A DNA stretch of 63,992 bases, counting the filler, from Octopus bimaculoides (taxonomy: Eukaryota), in assembly GCF_001194135.2 (NCBI RefSeq). It is 5 parts of 4 records of this genome, joined end to end, with 100 filler letters (N's around TTAATTAATTAA, not from the genome) between each part and the next. Parts side by side here need not be neighbours in the genome. Positions count along the whole stretch, not along the records: positions 45,672 to 57,359 come from NC_069006.1; positions 57,460 to 62,854 come from NC_068981.1; 3 more parts are not named here. One strand, 5' to 3'. Within the stretch, counting starts at the first letter, position 1. The number at the start of each line of letters is the position of its first letter. Below are positions 49,437 through 57,845 of the stretch, one piece after another. A program made the position numbers and the translations under genes. The notes under the pieces were generated by a model, which did not search any database, was not told the origin of the DNA, and saw only the letters and a program-made list of their open reading frames with translations.

Positions 49437-52400
49437 CATACCTATATATACCTCGACTACTACTACTTGTGCTGTTGCTACTACTAATTCTGCAACTACT
49501 GTTTATGCCATTGTACAGGTGAACTAAGTGAAGATAATAAAGAAGAGATAGAATTAAGTAGGCAATCCGTTAACAGACATATGCAGGAGATGATAGCTAT
49601 GAAGGAAAAGTATGCTGCATTATCTAGAGAGATTGAAGCTAAGAAGGAAGCCATCTTGAAATTACAAATGGAACTGGAGTGAGTAGCAAGCACACTTATA
49701 CTTGAGCTGGCAGAAACGTTAGCACACCGGGCGAAATGCTTAGCGGTATTTCGTCTGCCGCTACGTTCTGAGTTCAAATTCCGCCGAGGTCGACTTTGCC
49801 TTTCATCCTTTCGGGGTCGATTAAATAAGTACCAGTTATGAACTGGGGTCGATATAATCGACTGAATCCGTTTGTCTGTCCTTGTTTGTCCCCTCTGTGT
49901 GTAGCCCCTTGTGGGTAGTAAAGAAATAGCACACTTATACTTGAATAACATCCTACTGATATTGCAATGACCCCTTAATTCTCCTTACTATCTCAACCCC
50001 AGAATTACATTTCATATTTTTGTTTCTTCTCTCTTCACTTTGTCTTATCACCATCATCATCATTGTTATTTCAACATGCATTTTTCCATGCTTGAATGGG
50101 TCAGAAGGAGTTTATTTGAGGCAGGCTTTCTGCGGAATGGATGCCCTTTCTATCATCACCAACCAATACCTGTTTATTCCAACAGGTATCGACCACATTC
50201 GGATGGTGCTTTTTACGTGCCACCAGCACGGGGAGCCAGTTAGGTAGCACTATGGTGTTGCTATGCCAGTAATTGGGGTATGACTCTTTCGTGAACTACC
50301 TCGTTTACAATACAGGTGACTAGACCATAACTCATACTACCAGAAGTTTTAAGCATCACAGCAGTGATTCCTGATATGACTTCATATCCTTAATTGCTTC
50401 AACTACTAGGGTGCTATCTATTCTTGTAGCTGGACCCGCTTACAGGTCAACATTTGGCAGGCTTTCTTCCTTCCATTCATCTTCCCAGACCTTAGCATAC
50501 ACTTAATTTCTAAAACCCATTTCTTATTTCTTTATTGCCCACAAGGGGCTAAACATAGAGGGGACAAACAAGGACAGACAAAGGGATTAAGTCGATTACA
50601 TCAACCCCAGTGCGTAACTGGTACTTAATTTATCGACCCCGAAAGGATGAAAGGCAAAGTCGACCTCGGTGGAATTTGAACTCAGAACGTAACGNNNNNN
50701 NNNNNNNNNNNNNNNNNNNNNNNNNNNNNNNNNNNNNNNNNNNNNNNNNNNNNNNNNNNNNNNNNNNNNNNNNNNNNNNNNNNNNNNNNNNNNNNNNNNN
50801 NNNNNNNNNNNNNNNNNNNNNNNNNNNNNNNNNNNNNNNNNNNNNNNNNNNNNNNNNNNNNNNNNNNNNNNNNNNNNNNNNNNNNNNNNNNNNNNNNNNN
50901 NNNNNNNNNNNNNNNNNNNNNNNNNNNNNNNNNNNNNNNNNNNNNNNNNNNNNNNNNNNNNNNNNNNNNNNNNNNNNNNNNNNNNNNNNNNNNNNNNNNN
51001 NNNNNNNNNNNNNNNNNNNNNNNNNNNNNNNNNNNNNNNNNNNNNNNNNNNNNNNNNNNNNNNNNNNNNNNNNNNNNNNNNNNNNNNNNNNNNNNNNNNN
51101 NNNNNNNNNNNNNNNNNNNNNNNNNNNNNNNNNNNNNNNNNNNNNNNNNNNNNNNNNNNNNNNNNNNNNNNNNNNNNNNNNNNNNNNNNNNNNNNNNNNN
51201 NNNNNNNNNNNNNNNNNNNNNNNNNNNNNNNNNNNNNNNNNNNNNNNNNNNNNNNNNNNNNNNNNNNNNNNNNNNNNNNNNNNNNNNNNNNNNNNNNNNN
51301 NNNNNNNNNNNNNNNNNNNNNNNNNNNNNNNNNNNNNNNNNNNNTTGTTTTTTTTTTGCTTTTTGTTTTGTTTGGACAGGGCAGTGCGGACAGCAGCAGT
51401 AAGCAAAGAGAAAACCAATGACGATCTGTCCAAGCAGATAAGACTTCTGAGGGAATTTGTTAGCGGAAAACAACAACAAAGGTTTCGCAGTGAACCTAGT
51501 TTCCATACACATTGTTGTTGTTTTGATGGTGGCGAGCAATCGAAGAATGTAAGTTGGGCTTCCACGTAGCGTTAGTGTGCATATGTGTGCCATGTACACG
51601 ACACAACCGCAGCGACATACGATAGGCCAACCGATCACCTTACATAGATGTTGTCTTCTCCCTTTATCACCAAATAAATTCAATTTTTCTGTAGTTTAAC
51701 TAAAATATACCTTTCCTGATTATTCAATAAAGAGGCAAATATGTTTTGTAATTATTTAATTCACATTTAAGACATCTCTAATCATTGCTTTCAAATTTTG
51801 GCACAAGGGCAACAATTTTTTTTTGCGTGGGGTGGGGGGAGATAAGTTAATTACATCGACCCCAGTGTTCAACTGGTACTTATTTTATTGATCCTGTAAA
51901 GATGAAAGGCAAATTTGACCTTGCAGCATTTGAAGAATTGCCACTAGGCATTTTCCCCGACGCAGTAACGATTCTGCTAACTCAACACCTTAATATCTCT
52001 TGTTATTGCTTTCAAACTTTGACACAAGGCCAGAAATTTTAGGGGGGGGGAGATAAATTAATTATATTGACCCCAGTATTCAACTGGTATTTATTTTATC
52101 AACCCCGAAAGGACAAAAGGTTAAGTTAATCCTGGCGGCATTTGAACTCAGAATGTAAGGTCACAAGAATTGCCGTTAAGCATCCCCCCCACCCAGTAAT
52201 GATTCTGTCAGCTAGATACGTTGATATCTTAACAGTTTGCATGAAGCATTATCTGATATAGATAAATGTTTTTAATTTATTTCAAAAGCCAGAGCAGTTC
52301 AAATTATAAGAAATAATACAAGACAATGGTTTGTACTTTTACCTTGTATTTCAGTATTTCGGTATTAGGAATTCTTCGTCAGAAAATCTTCAGAGAAATG

Positions 52401-54460
52401 GTATTATCATTTCCTGAAGATATACTGGATACACAGAATCAAGTAAACTTTGTCTATGTACCCTATGACCAGAATGAGATGTACAGATGAAAGATGATAA
52501 AATGGCCTAAAGAAGCAGTGCAGGAAGTGTAGTCTGGTTTCTTATTGAAATATCAGGAATATATGGCAAGCCCTGAATAAGTCTGGTTAAGTTAAGTTGT
52601 GTGGTAAGATCAATAGCCAATAAAAATTGAAGTAGTTCAATGTGAACTGTTGCTAATTGAGAGAAGAAACATTGGGAGTTGGAACTTGGCGTTAGCACAG
52701 ATTTGAGAATAGTTAATGAAGGCACAAGTACTAGGGTTAATGTGTTGTATCAGATAAATGTGTGTTGCAACTCAGTGTTTAAAGGTGAAGAAGAAAATGC
52801 AATAAAAGTTGAGGGCTCAAAGACAATAATAGCATTTATGTGAAGAAACAGAAAGTGAAAGTGAATGAAGTGCTAGAAAATACATGACGTGAGTGAATGC
52901 ATTATGGATGATATAAAGACATGCATATGAAAATGTACTTATTGAAATTTGTATGTGGGTCTTCAGGTTATGAATGGAGTGGTGTTGAGAAGGTGGACTG
53001 CAGTACATTGAATATTGCTATCTTGTGAAGCTTGCACATGTGCTGCAAGACATGTATTCAACATGAACTAGTTTGCAGGGGGAAAAAGTTACTATCAGCA
53101 GAACAAATAAAAGTGCCAGCTGTTGTCATATTTATGTGTGTGCAGGTGAATGTGCGAAAAATGTACAAAATGCCAGAGAAGAACACGTCTATATTTGCAT
53201 TGCTGTTTGCACACAAAAAAGACGGTATTGGTGAATTTGTTAGAAAGTATGTAAAGCAAATGTGCAAACAGAATAAAAATGAAAAGGGGAAACAAAAGAG
53301 GTTCCGAGTAAACATAAAAATGGAAGAAAAGGTTAAGATAAACAGTATATTGTGTCTAGTTTGTTGCAATTAACTGGAAAATAGTGTTGTAATGGAAATT
53401 TTAAGGACATGCAAAGAGGAATTTTATGGATAATTTATGAAGTCCATATTCACAAATGTCCATAAGGGATTGAAGAATAGAAAGTCAATTTTTGCATCTA
53501 TAGACACAAAATATAGATTGTATGTTTGCTTTCAGGTGGTTTTTCCATGCTGGGCTTCCATACTTAAAGGTGCATAGCAATTGTTTTTGACTGCAGCACT
53601 TAGTTGCAATTATAAAAACCGCGACCCTATGACTGCGAGTCCGCTGCCCTAACCACTGGACCATTGCGCCTCCGAAGAACACTGGTCTATATAATTGTTA
53701 TTTAGCAAAACTATTTACAATCTGTGTCTATATAAGTGTTGTTTAACCCTTCTATTGTGGAAATCAGATATATCTAATGATAATTTCATTAGTGGAAAAC
53801 AGTTTTATATTTCAATCTATCTTTTGTTCAGGAACGTGATGTTTGAAACTATTTTCTGTTGAGATATGTCAAGTTAAATGAGGTAATGTAACATGCAGAA
53901 AATACAAATTCTAGTTTTTGGTAGATATTCAACATTGTTACTGGAATAACTATGAAATTTAATTTGACAGTGAAAAGGTTGACTAAATATTTAAAATATT
54001 CTGTTTATATAAATGTTATGTAACAGAACTATTCAAAATATCAATTTTCACATATATTTTATTTAACAGGACTATTTAAGATATTTGTATATAAATGCTA
54101 TTAAAGAGAATATTTAAAGTATCTGTTTATATAAATGTCATTTAATGAGATTATTTAAAATGTATATCCATATAGATGTTATTTAATAGGCCTGTTTAAA
54201 ATGTTTGTCTATATAAATGTTATTTATCAGGAGTATTTAAAATATCTGTCGATAGAGGCGCAGACATGGCTGTGTGTTAAGAAGCTTGCTTTCTAACTAC
54301 ATGGTTCCGGGTTCAGTCCCACTGCGTGGCACCTTGGACAAGTGTCTTCTACTATAGCCTCAGGCCAACCAAAGCCTTGTGAGTGGCTCTGGTAAAAAGA
54401 AGCCCATCATGTATCTGTGGATTTGGTAGAAAGAAGCCCATCATGTGTGTGTGTGTGTGT

Positions 54461-54537
<77 letters not shown>

Positions 54538-56606
54538 AATAAATAGATGTGTTTGTTTTTTTTGTCCCCCAGTACTGTTGGTGTGTTTATGTCCCTGTAA
54601 CTTAGCATCTCAGCTAAAGAGACTGATAGAATAAGTACCATACTTAACAAAAAAGTAAGTGCTGGGGCTGATTCATTTGACAAAAAATTCTTCGAGGTAA
54701 TGCCCCAACATGGCCACAGTCTAATGACTGAAACAAGTTAAAGATATGTTATTCAACAAGACCATTTCAAATATTTCTATGTAAACGTTATTTAGCATGC
54801 CTATTTAATATATCCGTTTATATAAGCATTAATAAACAAGACTATTTAAAATGTCAGTTTATATAAATGTTATTTAACAAGGCTATTTTAAATATCTACC
54901 TGTATAAATGTTTACCAAGACTGTTTAAAATATTTGGCTATATAAATTTTATTTTAAATTTTTGGGAAGGAAATCCCGGAAAAGAGCGAGTCCTGTAATG
55001 AAGAATTAAAACCATCTCCATTCCGTAAGTACACCTTTTGAAGTTCATGAAATTGTTTTTGCCATATTCGTCCACAAAGCACTTTCTTTGATTGTATGTT
55101 CATGTATAAACATCATGTATTTCTGACTTGTTTCGGTCATTAGACTGTGCCCATGCTGGGGTACTGTCTTGAAGAATTTCAGTTGAACGAATTGACCCCA
55201 GTACTTATTTATTTTTTGTAAAGCCTGGTACTTATTCACTTGGTCTCTTTTGCCAAACCACTAAGTCACAGGGATGTAAGCACACCGACACCAGTTGTCA
55301 AGACGTGGTGATGGGGGACAAACACAGACACAAAGACACACACACACACATAGATATATGTATATGGTAGGCTTCTTTCAGTTTCTGTCTACCAAATTCA
55401 CTCACAAGGCTTTGGCCAGCCTGAGGCGATAGTAAAAGATACTTGCCTAAAGTGTCACGCAGTGGAATTGAACCATGAACCAGGTGGTTGGGAGGCAAGT
55501 TTCTTGTCACATAGCCACGTTGCCAGTGCCGATGGACTGGCTCCTGTGCAGGTGACATGTAATACACCATTTCGAGCGTGGCTTTTGCCAGTAAGACATC
55601 CGAGCGAGATCGTTGCCAGTGCCCCTGGACTGGCCCTTGTGCAGGTGATACGTAAAATACACCATTTCGAGCGTGGCCGTTGCCAGTACCCGCCTGACTG
55701 ACCCTCGTGCCANNNNNNNNNNNNNNNNNNNNNNNNNNNNNNNNNNNNNNNNNNNNNNNNNNNNNNNNNNNNNNNNNNNNNNNNNNNNNNNNNNNNNNNN
55801 NNNNNNNNNNNNNNNNNNNNNNNNNNNNNNNNNNNNNNNNNNNNNNNNNNNNNNNNNNNNNNNNNNNNNNNNNNNNNNNNNNNNNNNNNNNNNNNNNNNN
55901 NNNNNNNNNNNNNNNNNNNNNNNNNNNNNNNNNNNNNNNNNNNNNNNNNNNNNNNACGTTGCCAGTGCCGATGGACTGGCTCCTGTGCAGGTGACATGTA
56001 ATACACCATTTCGAGCGTGGCTTTTGCCAGTAAGACATCCGAGCGAGATCGTTGCCAGTGCCCCTGGACTGGCCCTTGTGCAGGTGATACGTAAAATACA
56101 CCATTTCGAGCGTGGCCGTTTTCGTGCGGGTGACACGTAAGAGCACCCACTACACTCTCTGAGTGGTTGGCGTTAGGAAGGGCATCCAGCTGTAGAAACT
56201 CTGCCAAATTAGATTGGAGCCTGGTGTAGCCATCCGGTTGCACCAGTCCTCAGTCAAATCGTCCAACCCATGCTAGCATGGAAAGCGGACGTTAAACGAT
56301 GATGATGATGATGATGATGATATAGGGTGCTGTGAACAAACTGTTATAGCTAGGGAAGGTTGTTTTCAATATATAGATAACTGTTGTTGCAACTGGATTT
56401 AAAAAAAAATTTTTTTTTATTACATAGCTGTTGACAATAAAGAAATTCTGCTGATCCGTGAAGAAGACAATCACGGAATACCTGACAATGTCAACTCCAA
56501 CAATTCTTGTCTACAACAACATTACCCTTCTGCCAGTTGTGAAGCTGAGTTAGAGAGGAATTCTCACAGAGACACTCTTAATGCGCTAGAGGCAAGTGAA
56601 AACTCG
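46946..56606 (+). CDS. Coiled-coil protein gene, partial; resembles the C-terminal region of forkhead-associated domain-containing protein 1 (FHAD1-like)
   Basis: Six exons with canonical splice sites plus one tentative exon chain in frame. They give ...[62 protein letters not shown]...[33 protein letters not shown] and ALEASENS recall the FHAD1 motifs ARMSDLRGEL and ALELSEKLY (from memory, not searched). Confidence 0.8.
48000..48570. mobile_element. Two decayed SINE family 1 copies (+) flanking an RTE-tail element (-)
   Basis: GAGTTCAAATCCCACCGAGGTCAACTTC (~48050) and AAGTTCAGATTCTACCAAGGTCAACTTTGC (~48440). The RTE-tail element is at 48200-48370. Confidence 0.7.
48685..48791 (+). CDS. FHAD1-like exon (107 nt, phase 2 to 1)
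   Basis: tttgtcttccag|A GCA GAA ATT ... GAC ATG GCA G|gtgaga encodes [35 protein letters not shown]. Confidence 0.9.
49050..49360 (+). mobile_element. SINE family 2 copy lacking its head
   Basis: GTGAGTGGATTTGGTAGACGGAAACTGAAAGAAGCCCG ... GGTGCTCCAGCATGGCCGCAGTCAAATGACTGAAACAAG. Confidence 0.9.
49519..49678 (+). CDS. FHAD1-like exon (160 nt, phase 1 to 2)
   Basis: ttgtacag|GT GAA CTA AGT ... GAA CTG GA|gtgagt encodes [53 protein letters not shown], a heptad-rich coiled coil. Confidence 0.9.
49700..49930 (+). mobile_element. SINE family 1 copy (young)
   Basis: CTGAGTTCAAATTCCGCCGAGGTCGACTTTGCCTTTCATCCTTTCGGGGTCG; it starts about 20 nt after an exon donor. Confidence 0.92.
50520..50694 (-). 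mobile_element. SINE family 1 copy (young), inverted relative to the copy at 49700
   Basis: Reverse complement of the same core and the same tail (GGGGACAAACAAGGACAGACAAA); it runs into an N gap. Confidence 0.92.
51380..51548 (+). CDS. FHAD1-like exon (169 nt, phase 2 to 0)
   Basis: ttttgtttggacag|G GCA GTG CGG ... TCG AAG AAT|gtaagt encodes [56 protein letters not shown]. Confidence 0.85.
51780..52220 (-). mobile_element. Two tandem decayed SINE family 1 copies
   Basis: TTGCTTTCAAA(T/C)TTTG(G/A)CACAAGG starts both copies (~51787, ~52007); cores show CpG decay. Confidence 0.85.
52383..52442 (+). CDS. Tentative FHAD1-like exon (60 nt, phase 0 to 0); 3' splice site ambiguous
   Basis: attcttcgtcag|AAA ATC TTC AGA GAA ATG ... 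CAG AAT CAA|gtaaac encodes [20 protein letters not shown] and keeps the frame between its neighbours. A second strong acceptor lies at 52354/52355. Confidence 0.5.
53990..54955. repeat. AT-rich ~41-nt minisatellite split by a SINE insertion
   Basis: Degenerate unit TATATAAATGTTATTTAACAGGACTATTTAAAATATCTGTT at ~53990-54250 and ~54750-54955. Confidence 0.8.
54255..54745 (+). mobile_element. SINE family 2, full-length-like (tRNA-derived head, internal (TA)n)
   Basis: GGCGCAGACATGGCTGTGTGTTAAGAAGCTTGC...GGTTCAGTCCCACTGCGTGGCACCTTGG head with a box B-like GGTTCAGTCCC; 3' end ATGACTGAAACAAG. Confidence 0.9.
54970..55024 (+). CDS. FHAD1-like exon (55 nt, phase 0 to 1)
   Basis: tttttgggaag|GAA ATC CCG ... 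CCA TTC C|gtaagt encodes [18 protein letters not shown]. It supplies the phase 1 end that the next exon requires. Confidence 0.7.
55122..55518 (-). mobile_element. SINE family 2, full-length-like, inverted relative to the copy at 54255
   Basis: Reverse complement of the same head and 3' end (CTTGTTTCGGTCATTAGACTG ... GTGGAATTGAACC). Confidence 0.9.
55517..56322 (+). mobile_element. Composite retroposon: ~60-nt tandem repeats followed by an RTE-type 3' tail ending in (GAT)n
   Basis: Repeated CGTTGCCAGT...GGACTGGC...GTGCAGGTG..ACGTAA.ATACACCATTTCGAGCGTGGC, then GGTTGGCGTTAGGAAGGGCATCCAGCTGTAGAAAC...GGACGTTAAACGATGATGATG. Confidence 0.75.
56428..56606 (+). CDS. FHAD1-like exon (179 nt, phase 1 to 0)
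   Basis: ttttattacatag|CT GTT GAC AAT ... GAA AAC TCG|gtgagt has 59 open codons ending [23 protein letters not shown]. Confidence 0.85.
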
Positions 56607-56729
56607 GTGAGTCACTCTTGGTTTCTTGCACAGTCTCTCTCCCTCTCTCTTTCTCTCTCTCTCTCTTACCCTGTTTCTCTGTCTCTTTCCCTTTTGTTTG
56701 TTTATGAATACTTTGAAGCAGACAGGTTT

Positions 56730-56890
56730 AAGTACTTGTGTTGGTGCCACATGAAAAGCATTGATGTTGGTGCCATGTTAGAAGTGCTGGTGCCACATAA
56801 AAATCACAGTTGCAGGTGCCACATAAAAATAACTGATGCAGGTGCCACATAAATGGCACTGGTGCTGGTTCCACATAAAAAGCACTTGTG
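56730..56890 (+). repeat. Degenerate tandem repeat of GGTGCCACATAAAAAGCA-like units
   Basis: About six copies with variable spacing; related to the motif in the 55517 element. Confidence 0.8.
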
Positions 56891-57340
56891 CCAGTCATTT
56901 GTTTTTTTAAGCCTGGTACTTAGTCTCTTTTACTGAACCATTAAGTTATGGGGACTAGACACATCAGCACCAGTGGTGGCGGACTAACACAGACATAAGC
57001 ACACACACACGCACACCACACGTGTGTGTGTGTGTATATATATATATATCATCATCATCATTTAACGTCTGCTTTTCATGCTGGCATGGGTTAGATGGGT
57101 TGACTGAAAACTGGTAAGCTGGGGAAGCTGTACTAGGTCCCAATCTGATTTGGCAAGGTTTCTACAACTGGATGCCTTCAGGTTTCCTTCAGTTTCTGTC
57201 TATCAAAATCCACTCACAAGGCTTTGGTCAGCCCAAGGCCTTAGTAGAAAACACTTGCCCAAGGTGCTGCACATTGGGACTGAACCAGGAACGATTGGGC
57301 TGGGAACCAAACTTCTTACCACACAGCCATGCCTGCACCT
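56890..57340 (-). mobile_element. SINE family 2 copy interrupted by an RTE-tail element
   Basis: 3' half at 56890-57000, RTE tail on minus at 57050-57180, head at 57180-57340. Confidence 0.75.
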
Positions 57341-57359
57341 GTACATATATATATATATA

Positions 57360-57459
57360 NNNNNNNNNNNNNNNNNNNNNNNNNNNNNNNNNNNNNNNNN
57401 NNNTTAATTAATTAANNNNNNNNNNNNNNNNNNNNNNNNNNNNNNNNNNNNNNNNNNNN
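57360..57459. other. Artificial scaffold junction (44 N + TTAATTAATTAA + 44 N)
   Basis: Same construct, about 750 nt after the last visible FHAD1-like exon. Confidence 0.95.
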
Positions 57460-57845
57460 ATTCATTGCTGTACTCATTTCCAACCCTCACCTTACTGGCC
57501 GCATCTCTGTACATGGCTCGCACAGCTCTCACTAGCCATTCTTCTATCCCAAGTTTCCTCATTGACCACCAGATAAGGGATCGGGGGACCCTGTCAAAGG
57601 CTTTCTCCATGTCAACGAAAGCCAGGTACAGAGGTTTATCCTTGGCTAGGTATTCCTCTTGCAACTGTCTCACTAGAAATAAGGCATCAGTAGTGCTTTT
57701 ACCTGGCACGAACCCAAACTGCATCTCATCTAAATTGATTCGCTCCCTAATTAGTTGGGCTATGACCCTCTCTGTAACTTTCATAACCTGATCTAACAGC
57801 TTGATGCCTCTGTAATTATTTGTATTAACAGCTTGATGCCTCTGT
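57460..57845 (-). mobile_element. RTE-clade LINE reverse transcriptase fragment
   Basis: NYRGIKLL..MKVTERVI...QFGFVPGKSTTDALFLVRQLQEEY...LAFVDMEKAFDRVPR; open frame. Confidence 0.95.

Noticed and set aside
52600-53500. Possible coding sequence in the FHAD1-like intron
   Set aside because: Stops in all frames; probably an ancient LINE remnant but no diagnostic motif could be confirmed.
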